From a virus (Duplodnaviria; Heunggongvirae; Uroviricota; Caudoviricetes): 35,327 bases of DNA. Where the stretch lies: the IMG/VR virus record IMGVR_UViG_2563366875_000005. One strand, written 5' to 3'. The position numbers and the translations under genes were made by a program. The notes under the pieces are model-generated. The model searched no databases. It was not told the origin of the DNA and worked only from the letters and a program-made list of their open reading frames with translations. This document shows, in pieces, positions 17,522 to 25,852 of the stretch. Every line of letters starts with the position of its first letter. The first letter of the stretch is position 1.

Positions 17522-17801
17522 TAAGTAACCTCGTGATGGTTTTCTCGCGCAGTGCTTCACGCTTCGCGGCGTTCTCCAGTTCCTGACGCAGTACCACCTG
17601 CGCCAGCTCGTTTTTGTCTGCCCTGGTGAGGGCAACATGAAGCTGATTTTTCAGCATGGTGATGGTCGTCTGCTGCCCGCTGGCGACGTTGTTCGCCCTG
17701 TCCAGTGAGGTGCGCAGGCTGGCGTTTTCATGCTTCGCCAGAAACAGACCGACCACCGCCAGTGATAACAACACAACCAGCACAATCATCAGCTTTGACA
17801 T
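17376..17801 (-). CDS. lysB: LysB, Rz-like inner-membrane spanin-like lysis protein
   Basis: 141 aa; N-terminal TM (MSKLMIVLVVLLSLAVVGLFLA) then a coiled coil. Confidence 0.8.
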   Translation of the reverse strand: MSKLMIVLVVLLSLAVVGLFLAKHENASLRTSLDRANNVASGQQTTITMLKNQLHVALTRADKNELAQVVLRQELENAAKREALREKTITRLLNENEDFRRWYGAVLPDAVRRLHQRPACTDASDCPQRLPESEPLPDAGQ

Positions 17802-18214
17802 GGTTCCCGCCCCTCAAGACGCTGACGGCAGGCCGTACGTATCAGCCGGAAAAACAGCGCCGCCACGAGATAAATCAGCGCGGTAAAAATCCACCCGGCA
17901 GCGACCAGCGAGATAAACGTCGCCACCATCACTACCAGAGCCACTGACCGCCTGCGCCACGGCACCGGCTGCAAAAACAGCGCCGTGACAATCTTCACGG
18001 CCAGCGATTCCGGCGGCAGCTCCCGCCCGTAGCGTTCCAGTACATACTCCGTGGCATACACGCCGACACCACCGGCAACCACACAGATAACCGTCGCCAG
18101 AATCGCCCAGGCGGCGACAAAATTGACGGCCACGCTCTGCGGGTAAATCAGGGACAGTGCCAGCATCAGCGCCAGCGACACATTCAGCATCAGTGAAAGG
18201 GATAATTTCTTCAT
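17789..18214 (-). CDS. lysA: LysA, membrane protein of the lysis cassette (lysis timing)
   Basis: 141 aa, multiple hydrophobic helices; between K and lysB. Confidence 0.75.
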   Translation of the reverse strand: MKKLSLSLMLNVSLALMLALSLIYPQSVAVNFVAAWAILATVICVVAGGVGVYATEYVLERYGRELPPESLAVKIVTALFLQPVPWRRRSVALVVMVATFISLVAAGWIFTALIYLVAALFFRLIRTACRQRLEGREPCQS

Positions 18215-18228
18215 GGTGTTTACTCCGT

Positions 18229-18726
18229 TTAAGCCGGTACGCCGCCAGCGGTACGCCAGACGGTGACCAGTTTTTCCAGTGAATGCTCACGCTGACCGTA
18301 ACCGGCTCCCGGCAGGGACGCCCAGATATTGCGACAGCGTGAAATGGCGCGCTCAATACGTCCCGCCCGGATGTCATCCAGCGCACCGCGTTCGCGGATC
18401 AACTGAATGGCGAGTCTGTCCTGTGACAACGGACTGAAATCCGGCAGGGCAAGCTGTTTGCGGTAATGCGGCCAGAACAGGTAAAGCTGCTGATAGCGAC
18501 CGGAGGCCGTGGATTTTTCACCGCGACGGTTAAACACCTTCGCCGGTCGGCCATGCGCGAACGGGTGGTCACTGTAGTCGGTGAAAATTTCCGGCTTCCC
18601 GTCCAGTCCGGTGACTATCACGTCATAGCCCCGGTTTTTCGTCAGCGGATGATTCGCCGTCCCTTCGGACACGGCCAGCATGTCGAGAAAGGCGGCGATA
18701 TTCTGATGCGTGTTAATTACCGGCAT
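18229..18726 (-). CDS. K: Endolysin (gpK lysozyme)
   Basis: 165 aa, MPVINTHQNIAAFLDMLAVSEGT...; follows the holin with a 1-bp overlap. Confidence 0.9.
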   Translation of the reverse strand: MPVINTHQNIAAFLDMLAVSEGTANHPLTKNRGYDVIVTGLDGKPEIFTDYSDHPFAHGRPAKVFNRRGEKSTASGRYQQLYLFWPHYRKQLALPDFSPLSQDRLAIQLIRERGALDDIRAGRIERAISRCRNIWASLPGAGYGQREHSLEKLVTVWRTAGGVPA

Positions 18727-19007
18727 TACGGTTTCCCCCTGCCCTTAAAACGGCGCTGAATGGCAATCTCAATCACCTGATAACCGGCGATACCCAGCAT
18801 GGAGCCGATGCCGCACACCGCAGGCAGTGACAGGTCAGGAAACTGCACCAGAACAACACCGGCAACCATCGAGACAAAACCACCGAGCAACATGCGCCCG
18901 ATAAACAGACGCGGGGTGATGGGTTCACCACCGGCAAGCACCTTGCCGACAACAATCAGCACCCCAATCATGAAAAGCGACAGGACGCTTTTTTCTTCTG
19001 CTGTCAT
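18726..19007 (-). CDS. Y: Holin (gpY)
   Basis: 93 aa with three hydrophobic helices and a charged C-terminus. Confidence 0.85.
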   Translation of the reverse strand: MTAEEKSVLSLFMIGVLIVVGKVLAGGEPITPRLFIGRMLLGGFVSMVAGVVLVQFPDLSLPAVCGIGSMLGIAGYQVIEIAIQRRFKGRGKP

Positions 19008-19010
19008 GCG

Positions 19011-19214
19011 TTACTCCCACAGATTGACAGTTTCAGCCACGGGCGCGGTCTGAACGTCGGGCAGTTCGACGGCGGTGCCGTGTGGCAGCACCGCGCCCAG
19101 TTCAGCCAGTCCCGGATTTGCGGCGAGCACGGCCTCGACCACGCCCTCAGTGCGCCCGTAATACCGGACACAAATGGCGTCGAGCGTGTCGCCCTGTAGC
19201 GCAAAGGTCTTCAT
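19011..19214 (-). CDS. X: Tail protein X (LysM-like)
   Basis: 67-aa product from the ATG at 19214 (MKTFALQGDTLDAICVRYYG...); ATGA overlap with the L stop. The track ORF extends upstream, but the internal start gives the P2 length. Confidence 0.8.
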   Translation of the reverse strand: MKTFALQGDTLDAICVRYYGRTEGVVEAVLAANPGLAELGAVLPHGTAVELPDVQTAPVAETVNLWE

Positions 19215-19723
19215 CAGATTTGACTCACGATGCAGCGCGACTTGTCCTGGATGCGCGCCACTGCCCAGCGCATATCCCGCCACAGCTCATCAATGGTGCT
19301 GTCTATGCTGTCGGCCTTTTTGTCGCCCTTGGCACTGGCATCCACGCCGCGATAACGCTCATAAAGCGACGCGGTCGCCATCGCACACACGGCGCGCTCG
19401 TAGTAAAAAACTTTGATGCTTTCACCGTCGATGTCGTCCGCCGGGACGTCCGCCAGACGCGTAAAACCGGCAGTAATTTTCTGTTCGCGGTACTCGTACA
19501 GCTCCGCATTTGTTTCCGCCATGCCTGACTTGATGGCCTCACGCAGACGGGCGGGGGCGACGGTCTGCTCAAGGCGCATACGTTCCCGGACGCGCTTCGG
19601 GTCGATATCGGGAAAAAAGAACGTGTTTTTAATCACCGGCTCGTCGCCTGCCGGTTGCGGGATGACCACCGTACCCTCACCGGACACGGGAGCCTCCTTT
19701 CGCGGAATAATCAGCGTCATCAT
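19214..19723 (-). CDS. L: Head completion/stabilization protein gpL
   Basis: 169 aa from the ATG at 19723 (MMTLIIPRKEAPVSGEG) with GAGG RBS. Confidence 0.85.
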   Translation of the reverse strand: MMTLIIPRKEAPVSGEGTVVIPQPAGDEPVIKNTFFFPDIDPKRVRERMRLEQTVAPARLREAIKSGMAETNAELYEYREQKITAGFTRLADVPADDIDGESIKVFYYERAVCAMATASLYERYRGVDASAKGDKKADSIDSTIDELWRDMRWAVARIQDKSRCIVSQI

Positions 19724-19822
19724 GACTACCTCAGAAAAGTCGGGCGGTGGACGCCGGTACAGTGTCAGGTGATTCACCCACACTGACCGGCGTGCCGCCC
19801 TGGCGCGGGGCGCATTCGGTTG

Positions 19823-20566
19823 TTAACTGGCTTTCTTTTTCGGGCGTCCACGTTTTGCCGGTGTCACGCTCCGGGTCTTACGCGGGGTACGGGTGGCCGC
19901 TTTGGGCTGCGGCTCCGGCTTCGGTTTCAGCTCCCGCTCCAGTCGTTCAATCTCTTTTTTGACGCCTGCCTGACAGTCGAGCTGTGTCGCACGTTGCAGG
20001 TGAGCCAGCGCACCGGCGGCATCACCAGCGTCACGCAGAAACAGACCGGTGATTTTGTGCAGCTTTGCGCGCACTTCATCAGGCATGTCTGCCGTGGCGG
20101 TCAGTGCAAGGGTCTCCGTCAGCAGGCGGGTATCCACAGACTCACCGGCAGCGTGGGCGCGCATGGCCGCGAGCGCCACCTCCTCGGTGAACATGTACGG
20201 CGGGGTGCGGCGGTGTTTACCCGGCATGGTCAGACCGTACTTCAGGGCATAACGGGCAATCTCCAGCGCACCGGCAATATCGCCGGTATCCAGACGCCAC
20301 AGCATGACCGTCATCAGAATGTCATCCTGTGCACCTTTTCCCTGCTCCAGCACGCCGTTCACCCACGGCAACCAGAACGGCAGCAGTTCGCGCTTTTTCG
20401 CGGCCTTAAGCTCTTTTGAATAAATCGCTTTCAGTGTGCGCTGGTCTGCGGCGAGCTTAACCAGCATCTGCTCATAGACAGTTGCATGTCGCAGCGGGGC
20501 GGCGTCCCGCTGCGCGGTCATCGCTGCCGAGACCCGCATCATGTGGCGCTGTGCGGGACTCGTCAT
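19823..20566 (-). CDS. M: Terminase small (endonuclease) subunit gpM
   Basis: 247 aa; basic C-terminal tail; P2 order. Confidence 0.85.
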   Translation of the reverse strand: MTSPAQRHMMRVSAAMTAQRDAAPLRHATVYEQMLVKLAADQRTLKAIYSKELKAAKKRELLPFWLPWVNGVLEQGKGAQDDILMTVMLWRLDTGDIAGALEIARYALKYGLTMPGKHRRTPPYMFTEEVALAAMRAHAAGESVDTRLLTETLALTATADMPDEVRAKLHKITGLFLRDAGDAAGALAHLQRATQLDCQAGVKKEIERLERELKPKPEPQPKAATRTPRKTRSVTPAKRGRPKKKAS

Positions 20567-20569
20567 CGG

Positions 20570-21643
20570 TTACGCTCCCGGCTCTGCGGTCGCTTTAGCC
20601 AGTGTGGAGAAATCACCGACCTTAATTTTTTCCACCAGACAACCGGCGGCGTAGTCTTCCACCACGTAATCAATGTTCATTGACTCGTAGTTCTCCACGC
20701 GGTCGAGTTTCGGGTTTTCCTCAATCACGCGGCGATGGCTGTCATCCATGTAGTAGATGGACAGGTTTTCCAGCTTCGTGATGAGCATCGCATCCGCCGG
20801 GAAGTACGGGACGCGTACCGCTGGCAGGTTACCGATGCGTTTCTGGCTGATGATGACGTCAGCAGCCAGCATTTCGCTGTTATCCTGCTCCCTGTTGACG
20901 ATGGGGAAATACTTGTCCGCCAGTAGCTGACGCCCCACAATCACCACAAGGTCAGGGTCTTCCTGATACCACGGCTCAATCAGGTTGTTGGTCGCATCCA
21001 TCACCAGTGCATCGAGGCTGGCATAATCACCGCCCTTACCCACGCGGATGACCTCAGAGGTGGTGCGGCCTTCCTCGTCAGTGACCTTGCTCATCACGCG
21101 AGCCGGGGCTTCATTGCGGTATTTCTGCAGCCAGCCGACCGCCACATCCTGCAGCATCGGATTGCTGCTGCGGTCAGAGGTTTCTGCACGCTTCACGCCG
21201 TTAAAACCGGCCATGATGAAATCAAGGGACTGACGTTTGATAATGGCGTTACGGACACGGAGCTGGAAATCCTGATAACGCGCCCACAGGTCAAGCGTTT
21301 TGTAGCGGATATAAAAATCGAAGTTAATCTGGTCGCATTCGTACTTGTTTGACGCCAGCTTCGAGAAGTCCTTCGGCTGACGCTCGGTGCCACCGGCGGT
21401 GTCGGTGGTGCTGGCGATGGAGCCGGTGACACCGATGCCAATTTTTTCCCCTTTCATTTCGCTGACCGGCACAATGTTGATGCGGGTCAGAAAGTCAGAG
21501 GACTCCTGCATGGTGTTCATCAGGGTCTGGGTGACCGACGGTTCAACGGTGAATTTTTTCGACACATCACCGGCGTCGATGCCGTTCAGTTCGGCAACAC
21601 GGGACAGGTAGGCATTAAATTTAAAGCGGGTTTCCTGGCGCAT
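20570..21643 (-). CDS. N: Major capsid protein gpN
   Basis: 357 aa; P2 order and length. Confidence 0.9.
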   Translation of the reverse strand: MRQETRFKFNAYLSRVAELNGIDAGDVSKKFTVEPSVTQTLMNTMQESSDFLTRINIVPVSEMKGEKIGIGVTGSIASTTDTAGGTERQPKDFSKLASNKYECDQINFDFYIRYKTLDLWARYQDFQLRVRNAIIKRQSLDFIMAGFNGVKRAETSDRSSNPMLQDVAVGWLQKYRNEAPARVMSKVTDEEGRTTSEVIRVGKGGDYASLDALVMDATNNLIEPWYQEDPDLVVIVGRQLLADKYFPIVNREQDNSEMLAADVIISQKRIGNLPAVRVPYFPADAMLITKLENLSIYYMDDSHRRVIEENPKLDRVENYESMNIDYVVEDYAAGCLVEKIKVGDFSTLAKATAEPGA

Positions 21644-21701
21644 AGTTTTTCCTGAAATTAAGGGTTAATCGTGAAGGTTTTCCCGGACTGACTGACGCCG
21701 G

Positions 21702-22556
21702 TCAGCAGTTCGTCATCAGGGCGTCACCGCCACCGCCGGTGGCCTTGCTGCGGCGCTGCTGGGTCAGACTTTCGGTGTGGTCGAGACTGTTTTTCAGGCG
21801 GCTGAATGCCTGGCTGGTTTCATCCGCCCTGTCAGTCACCTCCTGCTTAAGTGCGGAAAAGGCGGTTTCCACCTCAGCGAGGCGCTGCTCAGTGGCGCTC
21901 AGTTTTTCCTGCACATGTTCAGCAACAGCGGTCACCGCTTCATGCACGTCATTCAGACGGGCGTCATCGCTGGCCTGTTTGCGGCCAAAAATGGATTTCA
22001 CCTTTTCGGTCAGGGCGGTGAACACGGTTTCAGGCAGGTCTTCAAATTCCAGCTCAACGGGCGTTGCCACTGAAATCAGGTTTTCAGGGCTTAATTTGAA
22101 GCGGTTCAGGGGGTTGTGTTTTGCCGTGCGGCAGAATTCCAGGTATTCCGTGCCGAGGCTTGCCGGGTCATCGGTGACGGCCAGACCCACCAGATAACAT
22201 TTGCCGGTATTGGCAAAGTTCGGCTGAATTTCCATTGAGGTATAGACCTTCTGCGCGGCCTTGTTCATCGCGATAAGGTCATCGGTCGGGGTGATTTTCG
22301 CAAACAGCGCCCATTTGCCTTTCAGCGCCGAATCATCGTCAATCTTTTCGGCCTTCAGTTCGGCCACATCGCCATAACGCTTAAAAATACCGTCAGGCAG
22401 GATGCCGCGCAGATGTTCCAGGTTAATGCGGCAACCATAGACTCGCGGGTCAAAGGTTTCGGCCATTTCCTGAATATCCTGCGCACTGATGACACGCCCG
22501 TCACAGGTGTCACCCTCTACGCCGATACGAAAGAATTTTGAGACTTTTTTTGCCAT
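21702..22556 (-). CDS. O: Capsid scaffolding protein gpO
   Basis: 284 aa from the ATG at 22556 (MAKKVSKFFRIGVEGDTCDGR). Confidence 0.85.
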   Translation of the reverse strand: MAKKVSKFFRIGVEGDTCDGRVISAQDIQEMAETFDPRVYGCRINLEHLRGILPDGIFKRYGDVAELKAEKIDDDSALKGKWALFAKITPTDDLIAMNKAAQKVYTSMEIQPNFANTGKCYLVGLAVTDDPASLGTEYLEFCRTAKHNPLNRFKLSPENLISVATPVELEFEDLPETVFTALTEKVKSIFGRKQASDDARLNDVHEAVTAVAEHVQEKLSATEQRLAEVETAFSALKQEVTDRADETSQAFSRLKNSLDHTESLTQQRRSKATGGGGDALMTNC

Positions 22557-22729
22557 TGTCAGGAGTCCTGAATAGTGATTAGAGGAGTCACATGTCGGCA
22601 TCAGTTTCCCGACGATGCGCATCCTCCGCCATCAGTCCCGGATGGCTTATCACTGACACAACAGCACCTTAGCGAATCGCGGGGCGCGACTCAGTAGCCT
22701 TGCCGTGTATTCATCACGGCGAGGTATTC
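22557..22729. promoter_or_regulatory. Divergent late promoter region between O and P (Ogr-dependent, inferred)
   Basis: Intergenic region between divergently transcribed late operons; near-match to the P2 late-promoter dyad TGT-N12-ACA (TGG-N12-ACA at 22643-22660). Inferred from P2 biology, not demonstrated. Confidence 0.45.
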
Positions 22730-24502
22730 ATGACCATCACCACAGACACCACTCTTTTACACGACCCGCGTCGTCAGGCGGCGCTGCTGTACTGGCAGGG
22801 GTTTTCCGTGCCGCAGATTGCCGCCATGTTGCAGATGAAACGCCCGACGGTGCAGAGCTGGAAACAGCGCGACGGCTGGGACAGCGTTGCCCCCATCAGC
22901 CGTGTCGAAATGAGTCTGGAAGCGCGGCTGACCCAGCTCATCATCAAACCGCAGAAAACCGGCGGTGACTTCAAGGAAATTGACCTGCTGGGACGCCAGA
23001 TTGAACGACTGGCACGGGTCAACCGCTACAGCCAGACCGGCAACGAGGCAGACCTTAATCCGAACGTCGCTAACCGCAACAAAGGCGGGCGGCGCAAACC
23101 GAAAAAGAATTTTTTCAGTGACGAGGCCATCGAAAAGCTGGAGCAGATTTTCTTTGAGCAGTCTTTCGACTATCAGTTGCACTGGTATCGTGCCGGGCTT
23201 GAGCACCGCATCCGCGATATCCTGAAATCCCGCCAGATTGGCGCAACGTTTTATTTTTCCCGCGAGGCGCTGCTGCGCGCCCTGAAAACCGGCCATAACC
23301 AGATTTTTCTGTCAGCCAGTAAAACGCAGGCGTATGTGTTCCGCGAATACATCATCGCCTTTGCCCGTCTGGTTGACGTTGACCTGACCGGTGACCCGAT
23401 TGTCCTGGGCAATAACGGCGCAAAACTGATTTTTCTCGGCACCAACTCCAACACCGCGCAGAGCCATAACGGCGACCTGTACGTCGATGAGATTTTCTGG
23501 ATCCCGAATTTTCAGGTACTGCGTAAGGTGGCATCAGGTATGGCCTCACAGAGTCACCTGCGCTCGACCTATTTCTCCACCCCGTCCACGCTGGCGCATG
23601 ACGCCTACCCGTTCTGGTCGGGTGAACTGTTCAACCGGGGACGCGCCAGCGCCGCCGAACGCGTGGAAATCGACGTCAGTCATAACGCCCTTGCCGGAGG
23701 TCTTCTCTGTGCGGACGGCCAGTGGCGGCAGATTGTCACCATTGAGGACGCCCTGAAAGGTGGCTGCACACTGTTCGACATTGAGCAGCTCAAACGTGAA
23801 AACAGCGCCGACGATTTTAAAAACCTGTTCATGTGTGAATTTGTTGACGACAAGGCGTCGGTGTTCCCGTTCGAGGAGCTGCAACGCTGCATGGTCGACA
23901 CGCTGGAAGAATGGGAAGACTATGCGCCGTTTGCCGCCAATCCGTTCGGCTCCCGTCCGGTATGGATTGGTTACGACCCGTCACACCGTGGCGACAGCGC
24001 CGGATGCGTGGTACTGGCACCGCCGGTGGTGGCCGGTGGCAAATTCAGAATACTTGAGCGTCACCAGTGGAAAGGCATGGACTTTGCCACCCAGGCGGAA
24101 TCCATCCGCAAACTCACCGAAAAATACAACGTCGAATACATCGGCATTGATGCCACCGGCCTCGGTGTCGGCGTGTTCCAGCTCGTGCGCTCGTTCTATC
24201 CCGCCGCGCGCGATATCCGCTACACGCCGGAAATGAAAACCGCAATGGTGCTCAAGGCAAAAGACGTTATCCGCCGTGGCTGTCTGGAATATGACGTCAG
24301 CGCCACCGACATCACCAGCTCGTTTATGGCTATCCGCAAGACCATGACCAGCAGCGGACGCAGCGCCACCTATGAGGCCAGCCGCAGCGAGGAAGCCAGC
24401 CACGCCGACCTCGCCTGGGCGACCATGCACGCCCTGTTAAATGAGCCACTCACCGCCGGTATCAGTACCCCGCTGACATCCACCATTCTGGAGTTTTACT
24501 GA
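22730..24502 (+). CDS. P: Terminase large (ATPase) subunit gpP
   Basis: 590 aa from the ATG at 22730 (MTITTDTTLLHDPRRQAALLYWQG) with GAGGT RBS; the track start at 22700 is a TTG. Confidence 0.9.
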   Translation: MTITTDTTLLHDPRRQAALLYWQGFSVPQIAAMLQMKRPTVQSWKQRDGWDSVAPISRVEMSLEARLTQLIIKPQKTGGDFKEIDLLGRQIERLARVNRYSQTGNEADLNPNVANRNKGGRRKPKKNFFSDEAIEKLEQIFFEQSFDYQLHWYRAGLEHRIRDILKSRQIGATFYFSREALLRALKTGHNQIFLSASKTQAYVFREYIIAFARLVDVDLTGDPIVLGNNGAKLIFLGTNSNTAQSHNGDLYVDEIFWIPNFQVLRKVASGMASQSHLRSTYFSTPSTLAHDAYPFWSGELFNRGRASAAERVEIDVSHNALAGGLLCADGQWRQIVTIEDALKGGCTLFDIEQLKRENSADDFKNLFMCEFVDDKASVFPFEELQRCMVDTLEEWEDYAPFAANPFGSRPVWIGYDPSHRGDSAGCVVLAPPVVAGGKFRILERHQWKGMDFATQAESIRKLTEKYNVEYIGIDATGLGVGVFQLVRSFYPAARDIRYTPEMKTAMVLKAKDVIRRGCLEYDVSATDITSSFMAIRKTMTSSGRSATYEASRSEEASHADLAWATMHALLNEPLTAGISTPLTSTILEFY

Positions 24503-25536
24503 TGAGCAAGAAAAAAGGGAAAACACCGCAACCTGCGGCAAAAAAAATGACCGCCAGCGCCCCGAAAATGGAGGCATTCACCTTTGGTGAGCCGGTGCCG
24601 GTACTCGACCGCCGTGACATTCTGGATTACGTCGAGTGCATCAGTAACGGCAGATGGTATGAGCCACCGGTCAGCTTTACCGGTCTGGCAAAAAGCCTGC
24701 GTGCTGCCGTGCATCACAGCTCACCGATTTACGTCAAACGCAATATTCTGGCTTCAACGTTTATCCCGCATCCGTGGCTTTCCCAGCAGGATTTCAGCCG
24801 CTTTGTGCTGGATTTTCTGGTTTTCGGTAATGCGTTTCTGGAAAAGCGTTACAGCACCACCGGTAAGGTCATCAGACTGGAAACCTCACCGGCAAAATAT
24901 ACCCGCCGTGGCGTGGAGGAGGATGTTTACTGGTGGGTGCCGTCCTTCAACGAGCCGACAGTCTTCGCGCCCGGCTCCGTGTTTCACCTGCTGGAGCCGG
25001 ATATCAATCAGGAGCTGTACGGCCTGCCGGAATATCTCAGCGCCCTTAACTCTGCCTGGCTGAATGAGTCGGCCACGCTGTTCCGCCGTAAGTATTACGA
25101 AAACGGCGCACATGCCGGATACATCATGTACGTCACTGATGCCGTGCAGGATCGCAACGATATCGAAGTGCTCCGCGAAAACATGGTGAAGTCGAAAGGC
25201 CGCAACAACTTTAAAAACCTGTTTCTCTACGCCCCGCAGGGAAAAGCCGACGGCATTAAAATTATCCCGCTCAGTGAAGTGGCGACGAAAGACGATTTTT
25301 TTAATATCAAAAAAGCCAGCGCCGCTGACCTGCTGGACGCGCACCGCATCCCCTTTCAGTTGATGGGCGGCAAGCCGGAGAACGTCGGGTCGCTGGGTGA
25401 TATTGAGAAAGTGGCAAAGGTCTTTGTCCGCAATGAGCTTATCCCGTTACAGGACAGGATTCGGGAAATAAACGGCTGGCTCGGTCAGGAGGTCATCCGC
25501 TTTAAAAACTACTCACTGGACACTGACAACGGCTGA
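24502..25536 (+). CDS. Q: Portal protein gpQ
   Basis: 344 aa; start overlaps the P stop. Confidence 0.9.
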   Translation: MSKKKGKTPQPAAKKMTASAPKMEAFTFGEPVPVLDRRDILDYVECISNGRWYEPPVSFTGLAKSLRAAVHHSSPIYVKRNILASTFIPHPWLSQQDFSRFVLDFLVFGNAFLEKRYSTTGKVIRLETSPAKYTRRGVEEDVYWWVPSFNEPTVFAPGSVFHLLEPDINQELYGLPEYLSALNSAWLNESATLFRRKYYENGAHAGYIMYVTDAVQDRNDIEVLRENMVKSKGRNNFKNLFLYAPQGKADGIKIIPLSEVATKDDFFNIKKASAADLLDAHRIPFQLMGGKPENVGSLGDIEKVAKVFVRNELIPLQDRIREINGWLGQEVIRFKNYSLDTDNG

Positions 25537-25540
25537 ACAT

Positions 25541-25565
25541 CGCCGCCTGCGGGCGGCTTTTTTAC
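25541..25565 (+). terminator. Rho-independent terminator after Q
   Basis: cgccgcc-tgcg-ggcggc followed by tttttt, starting 5 bp after the Q stop codon. Confidence 0.7.
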
Positions 25566-25706
25566 ACCCCGTCATCACACCCTCACACGCTCACCACCGC
25601 ACAAAACACCCCGCAGACACACCAACGCCCCGGCAGGCCGACTAAATGCCATCACGACGCGCTGAGACGCTGAAAAAATAAAATCAGCACCACCGCCAGC
25701 GCGCAG

Positions 25707-25725
25707 TGCTTTCCCCGCCTCGCCC
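25707..25725. other. cos cohesive-end site (19 nt)
   Basis: gtgctttccccgcctcgcc is the reverse complement of GGCGAGGCGGGGAAAGCAC, the P2 cohesive-end sequence as I recall it; located between Q and the tin/old-position cargo as in P2. Confidence 0.6.
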
Positions 25726-25852
25726 GCCCGCTTCGTGGGGTGGTTTTCATGCAGTTGCATGAACTAGCCGAATCCGCGCCAGTATTGACATTGACGTTTC
25801 GATATGGATTTGGCGTAAGCATGCAAATTAGGGCACTATCATGCTATTTTCT

